Shown here: one piece after another, positions 20,622 to 29,287 of the stretch
How the letters are laid out: the number at the start of each line of letters is the position of its first letter
Numbering within the stretch: the first letter of the stretch is position 1
NCBI GenBank assembly: GCA_963735115.1
Contig: CAVTJR010000003.1
Span: forward strand, 1,231,509 to 1,295,508
From: an uncultured Actinomycetota bacterium
GTDB taxonomy: Bacteria > Actinomycetota > Acidimicrobiia > Acidimicrobiales > Bog-793
Length of the DNA: 64,000 nt
Direction: 5' to 3'
Translations under genes and position numbers: made by a program
The notes under the pieces: model-generated
Databases searched by the model: none
The model's input: the letters and a program-made list of their open reading frames with translations, nothing else
What the model was told of the DNA's origin: nothing

Positions 20622-21557
20622 TCACAGTTCCCTGAGCACGTCCAGTCGGACGCTTGCGGACACGTCGCCTGCAACCTCACCGAAGGGAGCCAGCCAGCTC
20701 GAGGCCGTCCGATCCAGCACGACGGGTGCGACCGAGGACGGCCGTGTCTCGCCCACTTGGGCGATCCGCTCCAGCGCAGCGATCAACCCAGGTGGGTACC
20801 GGGTTGTCGCCACACCCGCCAGGTCGGCCCGGATCTCTCGATCGGACCCCATGAGCCAGCGAGCCTGCCGTTCGCCCCCGACGGCGACCAACAGTCGCCC
20901 GAGGACGGTGCTGGCGAGTGCGGCCGAGGCGACGTCGAGTCGCTTGATGTGAGCGAGCTCGTGGGCGACGACCGCTTCCAGCTCGATGCGGTCGAGCAGA
21001 TCGACAAGGCCGGTCGTCACCACGAGGGTGGCATCGTCGTGCCGCCTTCCGATGGAGATGGCGTTCGGCACCCGGTCCGGTAGCACGAGCAGTGCCGGCG
21101 CCGGTAGCCCGAGGACGGCGCAGAGCCCCTCGCTCAGGTCGGCGAGTCGCTCGGCTCCAAGCTGCTGAAGCGCACCCGAAGCCGAGGCCGCAGCCGGGGG
21201 CGTTCCCCCCAGCTGCGCCAGCAGGGACGAGGCGGCCTTGCTCCAGATCACCATCGCCAGCACGGCCCACGCGAGCAGGAGGACGGCGCCGACGATCAGC
21301 AGCGGAGGTGAGAGGATTCCCAGCACGAGAACGACGACGCCGAGGATCGCCGGGGCTGCAAGGACGAGGAGCACCCGCCTGCGGTTGCCCTCTGCGGCCG
21401 CTCTCCACTCGGCGTCGCGTCGGCCGGCGGCGCGCTCGAGAACGACCTTGGCAGCTTCGTAGGCCGCCTCCTGAGCCTCCCGACTGCGCCGCAGGCGCTC
21501 CTCTGGGTCGTTGCGCTGCCGGTCACGACGAGACCGGGACCTCGTCGATGCGGGCAC
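20622..21557 (-). CDS. M48-family (HtpX-like) zinc metalloprotease, membrane anchored
   Basis: HExxH in AHELAHIKRLD, with downstream GSDREIRAD. Two N-terminal hydrophobic helices. The GTG at 21557 lies 12 nt after the glycosyltransferase stop. Confidence 0.7.
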   Translation of the reverse strand: MPASTRSRSRRDRQRNDPEERLRRSREAQEAAYEAAKVVLERAAGRRDAEWRAAAEGNRRRVLLVLAAPAILGVVVLVLGILSPPLLIVGAVLLLAWAVLAMVIWSKAASSLLAQLGGTPPAAASASGALQQLGAERLADLSEGLCAVLGLPAPALLVLPDRVPNAISIGRRHDDATLVVTTGLVDLLDRIELEAVVAHELAHIKRLDVASAALASTVLGRLLVAVGGERQARWLMGSDREIRADLAGVATTRYPPGLIAALERIAQVGETRPSSVAPVVLDRTASSWLAPFGEVAGDVSASVRLDVLREL

Positions 21558-21568
21558 GGGAAGTGATC

Positions 21569-22700
21569 TTAGGGCCGGCGGCTCGCAAGGCTGGCGTAGA
21601 GGTGCCGGTACCGCTCGGCGATCACGTCCATCGAATAGGCCTGAACCCTCTCTTTCGCGGCCGCCGTCATGCGAGCACGCTCGCGGGCGTCCCCCAGCAC
21701 GAGGGCAAGGGTGGCGGCGAGCGCTCTGGCGTCGCCCACCGGCAGGAGTCGGGCCGCCTCCCCGGCCGCCAGGCGGTAGCCGGGAAGATCGGAGGCGATG
21801 ACGGGAGCACCCGCGGCCATCGCCTCGAGGAGCACGACTCCGAAGGACTCGCCCCCGATCGAGGGAGCCACGAACACGTCGGCGGTTCCGAGTAGGCGAG
21901 CTTTCTCGATGTCGTCCACGGGGCCTAGCCATTCGACGGCGTCGTCGTGACCGAAGCGAGCCCTGAGCCCTGCGGTCTCTGGTCCCTCGCCGACGACGAG
22001 GAGCCGGTAGACGTCGGACTTGTCGCAGCCGGCGCCCTGTCGAAGCAGCTCGAAGGCCTCGAGGAGCACGACGAGCCCTTTTCGCTCCTCGTGACGGCCG
22101 ACGAAGACGATCACGAGGCGGGACGTGCGAGCGGTGCCTCCCTTGGTCCTGTCGGGCGTCCTCAGGTCGGGGAACTGCTGCACGTCGACACCGTTCGGGA
22201 TCACTTCGATCTCGCCGGGAGCGCGGCCGAGCACCTGTCGCGCCGTTGCTCGCGCCGCATCCGAGACCGCCACGGCGGCGTCGAGGCGTCGGACAAAGGG
22301 GCGCAGCGCGGCGGGCTTCGCCTCGGTAGAGGCGATCGGAGCCCGAACGGTGGAACGTTGCCACGATGGGTCTCGGGCCGGCGACGAGAGCGGCCAGGGA
22401 GGCGCCGGGTGCCAACGGCTCGTGCACATGGACGACGTCCGGGTGGAGGTGTCGCAGTGCGCGCACGGCACGTGTCATCGAGATCGGCCCGGGGGCGACG
22501 GGGGCCTTCGAGCCGTTGGCGTTGATGCTGATGGTCCGCCCGACTCCGGTGAAGCCGTAGCCGGCGTCCGGGGCGTCTCGTCCGGTCGCTGAGGGTGCCA
22601 CGACCGTGACGGCGGTGCCAGCGCGTTGCAAAGCCACCGCCAGCCCCCGCACTTGAGCCTGCACGCCGCCGGGGACCGATAGGTCGTACGGGCACACCAT
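21569..22700 (-). pseudogene. pimA: GT4 glycosyltransferase (phosphatidylinositol mannosyltransferase-like), interrupted by a 1-nt frame disruption near 22330-22345
   Basis: The N-terminal half MVCPYDLSVPGGVQAQV..VHVHEPLAPG..ATFHRSGS is in the frame of ORF 20622-23132. The C-terminal half STEAKPAALRPFVRRLDAAVAVSD..FVAPSIGGESFGVVLLEAMAAGAPVIASD is in ORF 21569-22471. The span is 1132 nt (3n+1). Synteny with patA/pgsA supports the call. Confidence 0.8.
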
Positions 22701-22860
22701 GGCCACTCGCACCGAAGGCAGGCTAACGGGGCACCGGGCTGGCAGCCGATACGCTTGGCGTTGCCGGCAGCACTTCGCCGTCGGGTTGCTCGGCCCCCGG
22801 CTGGCGGTTGTGCGGCCGCTATCTCGATGCGAAACGACCCTCTCATTGACCGCAGGGAGC

Positions 22861-23283
22861 ATGACAGCTATGGACATTCTGATGGCCGTGAGCGACGGCC
22901 TGCCGCGCCTCAACGAAAAGGGCGAGCCCGACTCCGAGCAGGACTGGGAGGGAATTCGCCGCATCGCCACCGGTGAGGAGGATCGCGGCGCCATTCTCGT
23001 CCGAACGAGCATGTCGCGCGAACAGGCTCGCGAGATGCTCCTCGAGCACGACAACCCGAGCCACCCGCTACACGCCCGCAACGCCGCCGCCCTCTCTACT
23101 GCCAACGACGCCATGGCCGAGTGTCTCGCCATGGGCGCGACGAACCACGAGGCGTGGTGCGAGTGGCGCGCCGCCTACAACGCGGCGTGGCGGGCAGGTG
23201 AGGCGCGCTTCCCGGCGCCGAGCCCCAACTTCCCGATGCCCACAGAGGAGGGAACTCAGGACCCGATCGTCATGGTCGTGTAG
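22861..23283 (+). CDS. hypothetical protein (140 aa)
   Basis: The ATG at 22861 is preceded by AGGGAGC. The composition looks protein-like and I recognise no family. Confidence 0.5.
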   Translation: MTAMDILMAVSDGLPRLNEKGEPDSEQDWEGIRRIATGEEDRGAILVRTSMSREQAREMLLEHDNPSHPLHARNAAALSTANDAMAECLAMGATNHEAWCEWRAAYNAAWRAGEARFPAPSPNFPMPTEEGTQDPIVMVV

Positions 23284-23303
23284 CGGAATCGCGGCCGGAG
23301 CAC

Positions 23304-23329
23304 TCAGCGGTGCTGCTCGCGGTCGCTCG
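23304..23329. repeat. third, decayed copy of the patA 3' end / att core
   Basis: tcagcggtgctgctcgcggtcgctcg matches attL tcagccatgcttctcgcggtcgctcg at 23/26 positions. On the minus strand it reads SDREQHR-stop, in the same register as SDREKHG-stop. Confidence 0.5.
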
Positions 23330-23421
23330 CTGCACGACTCGCGGTGGTGAGCACATCGAGGTCGTCGCCACCGAGACCTTCGCCCGGGCTTTTCGCCGCG
23401 GTTCGAGTCCGCTGATCCCAG

Positions 23422-23610
23422 GTGAGTACCGTCGTATTCGTGCTTGCCACCGCCAACCTGATCCTCACCACGCCGACCGGGCTGCAGCGCGTCATCAGCT
23501 ATGTCCACGACGACCTGCACGCCCAGGTCCTCGTCGATTCCGACGGCGTCATGGCCTTCCTGTGGCACCCGCCTCCCGGGACAACGCAGGTGACGCTCTC
23601 GACGAAGTAA
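23422..23610 (+). CDS. possible small hypothetical protein (62 aa)
   Basis: GTG-start ORF with non-Arg-biased, protein-like composition. No clear SD and no recognised family. Confidence 0.25.
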   Translation: MSTVVFVLATANLILTTPTGLQRVISYVHDDLHAQVLVDSDGVMAFLWHPPPGTTQVTLSTK

Positions 23611-23774
23611 CAGCGCCCTGTAACGGCGCGCAGCCGAGCGCCGGACTTGGTTGGGGCTCGTTTCATCGGCGGCCACCATCGCCGTCGGTCACGGTTTGCT
23701 CCCCCGTCCTTCGTCGCGCGTCAGATTCGCGTGAGGCGCATACCCGGGCGGGGCACGTCGGATCGTAAAATCCT

Positions 23775-23821
23775 GGTCAGCCATGCTTCTCGCGGTCGCT
23801 CGGCCAGTTCGGCTGGAACAT
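23775..23821. repeat. attL-like 47-bp direct repeat (orphan copy of the patA 3' end)
   Basis: ggtcagccatGcttctcgcggtcgctcggccagttcggctggaacat is 46/47 identical to 30845-30891. On the minus strand it encodes MFQPNWPSDREKHG-stop, directly preceded by an in-frame TAG. Confidence 0.8.
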
Positions 23822-23932
23822 CTAGGCCCGATTTTGTGACCTGCGGCCATGGCCGGAAAGCCTCGCTGAGCAGGGATTCCGGCTGTACGTGAGTTCAAGG
23901 CACCACGTCAATGAAGCTGGGATGATTCGCTG

Positions 23933-24157
23933 GTGAGAGATCGACTGGACAGCTATACGGCATACAGCGTCGGTTGTGCAATCGTCTGGGCCGTCATCTT
24001 GGCGGCCTTCGCGGCTGCGGGCAATAAGGACAAGTTGCGCGCCATCCTGCATGGTTGTGCGGGCTGGTGGTTGGGGTGGACCTCGGCCACGATCGCTCGG
24101 TATGGCTACCCGCCACCGAAGTCTCGACCCCCGTGGAAGCGGAATCGTGAAGGCTGA
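23933..24157 (+). CDS. possible small membrane protein (74 aa, two hydrophobic helices)
   Basis: GTG start. AYSVGCAIVWAVILAAFAAAG and CAGWWLGWTSATIA hydrophobic segments. Confidence 0.4.
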   Translation: MRDRLDSYTAYSVGCAIVWAVILAAFAAAGNKDKLRAILHGCAGWWLGWTSATIARYGYPPPKSRPPWKRNREG

Positions 24158-24511
24158 TGCCCGCGATGGTCCCGATCTGCACCTGGCTGGGGATGCGAAC
24201 CGGACCGCGAGGGCCCCGACCCAGCTGAGCTGATCCTGGCCGCGTTCTGGGCGCCGGCTGCGGGAACTGGTGAGCGGGGACCGCGACCCTGAGCAGGCAG
24301 GTGCAGATCGAACAGGTGTTCGATACGATGGATCCGTGGCGAACCTGTCCCCGGAGGGAGCCGAGATCCTGCGGTCGATCGCCATGCTCCCGCCACAAGC
24401 TTCGAGCTGGCTCAGCCGGAAGCGGGCGGTCGCCATCCTCGGTCAGCTCATGCAGGCTCTGAGGGAGCTACGGCGTTAGCGCCCTTCGTTCCAATGACTT
24501 ACCCGTGGTCT

Positions 24512-24619
24512 CGGCGATAGGAAGCCAGCGCCAGATCCGTCGTTACGCGCTTTGTGGCGGAGTAGCGAGCGCACTGCCAAACCATGCAGATGAGGCAATC
24601 TGTTTCAGGTGGTCGGCTC
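24512..24619. repeat. left copy of an imperfect block-wise direct repeat bracketing the DUF1003 gene
   Basis: Shared blocks are cggcgat (24512-24518), agatccgtcgttacgcg (24533-24549), gcagatgaggcaatctgtttc (24586-24606) and ggtggtcggctc (24608-24619). Confidence 0.5.
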
Positions 24620-25120
24620 GCCTGGGGGCGTCCGCCCAGAAATCTGCTCAGCCAGGTGGTGGATCTTCTGCGTGAGGTCGTGGACCTGCTGGGTCAGCGC
24701 CGTGTTCGACTCGAGCAGCTGCTGGACGCTATGCGTCTCGTTGTAGTGATGAGTGGCGAGGATCTCGTCGCGAGCAGCTGCCCGGTTCTGGCTCATCATG
24801 ATGATCGGCGCCTGAATGCCAGCCAAACCTGACAACACCAGGTTCAAAGCGATGTAGGGATAGGGGTCGAACGGTCGACTGTTAAGAACGTGCTGGATCA
24901 AGAGCGTGTTGATCACGATCCAGAGCCCGATGAGCCCGAGAAAGATGAAGATGAACGGCCAAGAGCCGCCGAAGCTGGCGATCTCGTCGGCGACCCGCTC
25001 CCCGCGGGTGCGATCATCGTGCGCAGCCTGGAGAGCAGGATGAACGTGCCGAGGATGGCGCCACGGGAACCAGCTGCTGCGCGACGGGCGAGGACCTGAG
25101 CTAGCGGTGGTCGTAGTCAT
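24605..25120 (-). CDS. DUF1003 domain-containing membrane protein
   Basis: ADEIASFGGSWPFIFIFLGLIGLWIVINT..DPYPYIALNLVLSGLAGIQAPIIMMSQNR, followed by a coiled-coil tail. Confidence 0.85.
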   Translation of the reverse strand: MTTTTASSGPRPSRSSWFPWRHPRHVHPALQAAHDDRTRGERVADEIASFGGSWPFIFIFLGLIGLWIVINTLLIQHVLNSRPFDPYPYIALNLVLSGLAGIQAPIIMMSQNRAAARDEILATHHYNETHSVQQLLESNTALTQQVHDLTQKIHHLAEQISGRTPPGEPTT

Positions 25121-25193
25121 CGGGGAGAACCTTTCCTGACGCCTCGAGTTTGCCGTTCATTGTCGGTAACCATCCACATGCTCCATCGAATCA

Positions 25194-25352
25194 CGGCGAT
25201 GGGTGGATAGTCGAAAGATCCGTCGTTACGCGTTCCTCCGGGCAGGTCCCATGTCTTCGCTGGCCGCGCAGATGAGGTGATCTGTCTCGTACGGTTCCCG
25301 GTACTAGGACCTCAGACGAGGCGTCGTAACGCCATGACTCGGTGGTCGGCTC
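25194..25352. repeat. right copy of the block-wise direct repeat bracketing the DUF1003 gene
   Basis: Blocks are cggcgat (25194-25200), agatccgtcgttacgcg (25216-25232), gcagatgaggtgatctgtctc (25268-25288) and ggtggtcggctc (25341-25352). There is a roughly 50-nt insertion between the last two blocks relative to the left copy. Confidence 0.5.
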
Positions 25353-26016
25353 AGTCGCCGGCTGCCAGGGACCGCAGCACGGCCTCGATCTCGGCCGGCT
25401 CGGCTCGGACGCGCCAGTCAGCTGAGGCAAACGCAGCCCGGACGGTGCCGTCCCGGTCGATGACGAACGTGGCGGGTACGGGCAATGAACGCGACTGGTC
25501 GGCGTTCTGCTTGGCGGGATCGTTCTGGAATACGTTCACCTGCAGGTCCTCGAGGTCCCCTGCGAGCGTGAACTGCACCTTGTAGGCGCGGATTACTTCC
25601 TGATCGAGATCGCTCAGCACGGGGAAGGCGAGCTCATGCTTTTCGGTGAGCGAGAGGCTGTGATCTGAGGCCTGGGGGCTAATGGCCACCAGCGAGGCGC
25701 CGAGCTCGCGAAAGCGGGGCAGCGCCTCCTGCAGGCCTCGCAGCTGGATGTTGCAATACGGACACCACTCCCCGCGGTAGAAGACAACGACGATGGGTCC
25801 CTGAGCGAGCAGGCCCGCCAAAGTGACCGGTTGTCCGAGAGCGTCGGGCAGCGTGAAGTTCGGCGCATGGTCCCCAACGGCCAGACCAGGAGCGACGCCC
25901 GACGAATCGATCTCGACGACGGCCGCGTCGATGCGCGATGCAATCGCCTCGGGGATGCTGGCTGTGATCTCATCGAGCTGCGGCTGGAGTGTGGGGACCG
26001 GGCTGGTGGTAGACAC
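25351..26016 (-). CDS. AhpC/TSA (redoxin) family thiol peroxidase-like protein
   Basis: GDHAPNFTLPDALGQPVTL..VVVFYRGEWCPYCNIQL. The GTG at 26016 is preceded by AAGGAGA. Confidence 0.85.
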   Translation of the reverse strand: MSTTSPVPTLQPQLDEITASIPEAIASRIDAAVVEIDSSGVAPGLAVGDHAPNFTLPDALGQPVTLAGLLAQGPIVVVFYRGEWCPYCNIQLRGLQEALPRFRELGASLVAISPQASDHSLSLTEKHELAFPVLSDLDQEVIRAYKVQFTLAGDLEDLQVNVFQNDPAKQNADQSRSLPVPATFVIDRDGTVRAAFASADWRVRAEPAEIEAVLRSLAAGD

Positions 26017-26035
26017 GGGTTCTCCTTGGACGAAA

Positions 26036-26084
26036 TGGACTAGTCGGTCCACTCTTACCGAGATAAAATGGACTGTCAAGTCCA
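26036..26084. promoter_or_regulatory. two TetR-type operator palindromes in the divergent redoxin/tetR promoter region
   Basis: tggac-tagtcg-gtcca (26036-26051) and tggact-gtca-agtcca (26069-26084). Both are preceded by aaa(a). Confidence 0.5.
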
Positions 26085-26102
26085 AAATCCTGGAACGGGG
26101 CC

Positions 26103-26725
26103 ATGCCAGACGACGCCGCAACCGACCCAATGCCCGCGACCCGCAAGGGTCGAGAAACCCGCCAGAGGATCATCGAGGCGGCCGCGCAGCTGGTCTACGA
26201 AGGGACCGTGGCCGGTGTCAGCCTCGACGAGGTCTGCCGGGCGACGTCCACGAGCAAGTCGCAGCTCTACCACTACTTCAGTGACAAGGACGATCTCGTA
26301 CACGCCGTCATCGATCACGAACGTGAGCGTGTCCTCGGCTTCCATCGCCCAGCACTTGAAAGCCTCACGACTTGGGACGACATCCAACGCTGGCGGGACA
26401 TGGTCGTGGGGGCACAGGCGGCCCGCGCCTGTTCGCGGCGGCTGTCCCCTCGGATCACTCGCCAGCGAGCTGGCGGACCTCGACGAGCCGTCCCGGACCC
26501 GGCTGGCTCACGCCTTCATGGCTTGGGAACAGCTCCTGTCAGACGGTCTGGCCAAGATGGTCGAAGCGGGGAGCCTTCGAGCCGATGCCGACGCCAAGGA
26601 TTCTCGCGCTGGGCGTCATAGCCAGCTTGCAGGGCGGCTTGTTGTTGGCCGAGATCGATCGCAGCACTCGACCCCTCGAGGTTGCCCTCGACGCTGCAAT
26701 CGCCTACTTACGGTCTTTCGCTTGA
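26103..26725 (+). pseudogene. TetR/AcrR family regulator with two +1 frame disruptions (about 26435-26445 and about 26591-26595)
   Basis: The HTH part RKGRETRQRIIEAAAQLVYEGTVAGVSLDEVCRATSTSKSQLYHYF is in frame 0. GGCPLGSLASELADLDEPSRTRLAHAFMAWEQLLSDGL..LRADAD is in frame +1. RILALGVIASLQGGLLLAEIDRSTRPLEVALDAAIAYLRSFA is in frame +2. Confidence 0.8.
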
Positions 26726-26971
26726 GCGTCGGACGTCGGACAGAACGCCCGATCCTGATTTGGCGCTCGGAGCCCAGGACGTGATGAGCGCCCCGAGCCG
26801 TCGATCGGTTCTCGTTGCGGAGGGCGCGGCCCGTGCGCATTCGGTGCGGCGTTCTGCGCTCGAAGGACCGAGAATCCGCGACTTTCCTCGACTCTTCTGT
26901 GGAGCATGCAGCTTCAGTTCGACTCGAACCTTCAAAGTTGGGCGTTCAGCTGTCGCCCCGGGATCGCTCCC

Positions 26972-27733
26972 TCATGCGACCGCCTTGCGAAACACTCGAG
27001 TCGCCCATATCAAGACCAGCACACATAGCGGCGCGAGCACGGCGAACGCCTGCCACACGGCCGAATTGCCGAATGACCCAACAGCGAGCGCCCGCGAGGC
27101 CTGCACGAGGTAGTAGAGCGGGTTGAAGTGTGCGATGACACGCATCCAAAGCGGTCCGAGCGAGATCGGAAGGAGCACACCTGCGAGGAGCAGCAACGGC
27201 AGGTTCAGCCCGTTGATGATCGCCGCGAAGCTGTTGATGTCCTTCGTCACAAGCGCCGTGGCAACGGAGAATGCGGCCATCAGACCAGCGAGCAGCGCGA
27301 GGAGCACAGCGAGTACCAGCAAGCCGAGCCAATGGACGTGGAAGCCGAAGCCGCAACCGACTGCGACGACGACGGCGTCGAACACGAACATCATCATGAG
27401 ACCGGACAGGATCGGTCCGATGAGGATCGCGAAACGGCTCGCCGGCGTGACCCGGAAGCGCTCGATGACGCCGGCCTGAAGCTCGAAGATCGTGCTGAAG
27501 CCCATGGCGCTTCCGCTTGCGTAGGCGAGAAGCGCAAGGATGCCCGGTAGGAAGACGTCGAGAACACTGCCCTTCGGAAAGCCCGGGACTCCGCTGAAAT
27601 GCTTCAACAGCGGCGTGAACAGCGCGAGATACAGGATCGGCGTCGAGAAGCCGACGAAGAGCCACACGGGGTTGCGCAGCATCTGGATCGTGTAGCGGTC
27701 GAACAGCAGGCTGATGTCTCGCACGGTCTTCAC
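26972..27733 (-). CDS. ABC-2 type transporter permease
   Basis: 253 aa with six hydrophobic segments. MLRNPVWLFVGFSTPILYL; ..FNPLYYLVQASRAL. The start overlaps the ATPase stop. Confidence 0.88.
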   Translation of the reverse strand: MKTVRDISLLFDRYTIQMLRNPVWLFVGFSTPILYLALFTPLLKHFSGVPGFPKGSVLDVFLPGILALLAYASGSAMGFSTIFELQAGVIERFRVTPASRFAILIGPILSGLMMMFVFDAVVVAVGCGFGFHVHWLGLLVLAVLLALLAGLMAAFSVATALVTKDINSFAAIINGLNLPLLLLAGVLLPISLGPLWMRVIAHFNPLYYLVQASRALAVGSFGNSAVWQAFAVLAPLCVLVLIWATRVFRKAVA

Positions 27734-28713
27734 GCCGCGACCCCCTCGCTTGCTCCAGTGTCCCGTAGCGAACGGCCAGTTTCCCGCAAGAAGACGTCGT
27801 CGAGTGTGGGCTCGGACAAGGTGATCGACCGAAGAGTGATGCGTTCTTGATCGAGTAGGCGCATCAGCTTCGGAAGGGCAGTGCTCCCATCCTCGACGTA
27901 GAGGCGCAACTGATCGCCTTCAGGGTTGACCTCTCGTACATAGGACTCACCTTCGAGAAGTGATTTGGCTCGAAGGAGCACGCTGTCGCTGTCGTGCAAG
28001 CTCAGCAAGATCGCGTCCCCCGCGACGTCCCGCTTGAGATCTCGGGGTGACCCCTCGATCACGATCTTGCCGTGGTCGATGATCATGAGGCGGTCGCAGA
28101 GGGCGTCAGCCTCTTCGAGATAGTGCGTCGTAAGGAAGACCGTCGTGCCGTGCTCACGAAGCCGGCGGACGTGATCCCAGAGATTTGCCCGGTTCTGCGG
28201 ATCTAGCCCGGTGCTCGGCTCATCCAAGAACAGCACCTCCGGCTCGTGGACGATCCCGAGCGCCACGTCGAGACGACGACGCTGTCCACCGGAATAGGTC
28301 TTTACGCGCCGGTCGGCAAACTCCTCGATATCGAGGATCTTCATCAAGGTATCGGCGCGCGCCGACACCGAGGCGAGGTCGCCGCCGTAGAGGCGACCCT
28401 GCAAGACGAGGTTCTCCCGCCCCGTAGCGAGGTCGTCCGCGCCACCGAGCTGGCTGACGTAGCCAATCCGCTGCCGGACCTGCTGTGGTTGACGGGCGGC
28501 GTCGAACCCCGCGACGGTCGCACTCCCCCCACCAATGGGGAGCAACGTCGTCAGCATGCGGAGCGTCGTCGTCTTCCCCGCCCCGTTCGGCCCGAGGAAG
28601 CCGAAGATCTCTCCCCGTTGCACCTCGATGCTAACGCCACGGACCGCTTCGATCGGCCCACCCTTCGAGGGAAAGCTCTTTCGAAGCTCGGTTGTCAAGA
28701 CGACGGTGTCCAA
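27730..28713 (-). CDS. ABC transporter ATP-binding protein (DrrA-like exporter ATPase)
   Basis: Walker A GPNGAGKTT, signature YSGGQRRRLDVA, Walker B VLFLDEPSTGLD. The TTG start is preceded by GAGGAGCG. Confidence 0.92.
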   Translation of the reverse strand: MDTVVLTTELRKSFPSKGGPIEAVRGVSIEVQRGEIFGFLGPNGAGKTTTLRMLTTLLPIGGGSATVAGFDAARQPQQVRQRIGYVSQLGGADDLATGRENLVLQGRLYGGDLASVSARADTLMKILDIEEFADRRVKTYSGGQRRRLDVALGIVHEPEVLFLDEPSTGLDPQNRANLWDHVRRLREHGTTVFLTTHYLEEADALCDRLMIIDHGKIVIEGSPRDLKRDVAGDAILLSLHDSDSVLLRAKSLLEGESYVREVNPEGDQLRLYVEDGSTALPKLMRLLDQERITLRSITLSEPTLDDVFLRETGRSLRDTGASEGVAA

Positions 28714-28784
28714 GGTCAGTCGCTCCTCGCTTGGGCTGCGTGTCGAGCACGATCACGCTGCTCCTGTACGATAATACCTGAGGT

Positions 28785-28799
28785 TGGAAGAATCTTCCA
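28785..28799. promoter_or_regulatory. perfect 15-bp palindrome, candidate MarR operator
   Basis: tggaaga-a-tcttcca lies between the divergent ABC operon (start 28713) and marR (start 28817). Confidence 0.45.
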
Positions 28800-28816
28800 T
28801 AGGAAGGTATCTGCTG

Positions 28817-29287
28817 ATGGATCGCACGGCTCTCTTCGGTCGGCTGTTCGAGCTGGTCCGGGAGTCCCAACGCCAAAACGACAGGTTCGATCAGGCGGTC
28901 GCGGACTACCTCGGTGTCTCGCGAACCGAGGCGCACTGTCTCGACGTCCTCGAGCAGTTCGGACCGATGACGGCCGGGCGGCTGTCTGGGCTGAGCCGTT
29001 TGACGACCGGTGCGATCACCAAGGTCGTGGACCGACTCGAGAACGCGGGTTACGTGAGTCGCGCCCGTGACCCAGCTGATCGCCGTCGAGTCATCGTCGA
29101 CCTCACGCCGAAACTCCGGCGGCTCGCTGGGGAGCTCTACGAGATTCCCGAGCCGCTCCTGGCCGGGTTTCAGGCTCAGTTCAGCGAGCGCGACCTTCGG
29201 GTCTTAATCACCTACTTCGAGCGAGGCAGTGAACTTGCCGACGTACGGCAGGCCCGCTTGGCGTCGAAGATCCACAAGTCGGGCTGA
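28817..29287 (+). CDS. MarR family transcriptional regulator
   Basis: LGVSRTEAHCLDVLEQFGPMTAGRLSGLSRLTTGAITKVVDRLENAGYVSRARDPADRRRVIVDLT. The ATG at 28817 is preceded by AGGAAGG. Confidence 0.88.
   Translation: MDRTALFGRLFELVRESQRQNDRFDQAVADYLGVSRTEAHCLDVLEQFGPMTAGRLSGLSRLTTGAITKVVDRLENAGYVSRARDPADRRRVIVDLTPKLRRLAGELYEIPEPLLAGFQAQFSERDLRVLITYFERGSELADVRQARLASKIHKSG

Noticed and set aside
20622-23132. 836-aa ORF read as one giant protein
   Set aside because: It is a chimeric open frame. Its C-terminus is the M48 protease (20622-21557) and part of its middle is the N-terminal half of the GT4 glycosyltransferase. The rest is Arg-rich read-through overlapping the real glycosyltransferase frame.
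23068-23768. ORFs 23068-23679 (-) and 23310-23768 (+) as island genes
   Set aside because: Their composition is Arg/Pro/Gly-rich, they lack SD sequences and motifs, and they overlap each other. They are probably non-coding remnant DNA.
23775-23821. tRNA or tmRNA gene as the integration target
   Set aside because: The repeat has no cloverleaf or T-loop (GGTTCGAATCC-like) features and coincides exactly with the last 14 codons of the acyltransferase gene. No tRNA-like sequence was seen in any intergenic region.
24584-24832. 82-aa plus-strand ORF starting inside repeat block 3
   Set aside because: It is fully antisense to the well-supported DUF1003 gene and has no family features.
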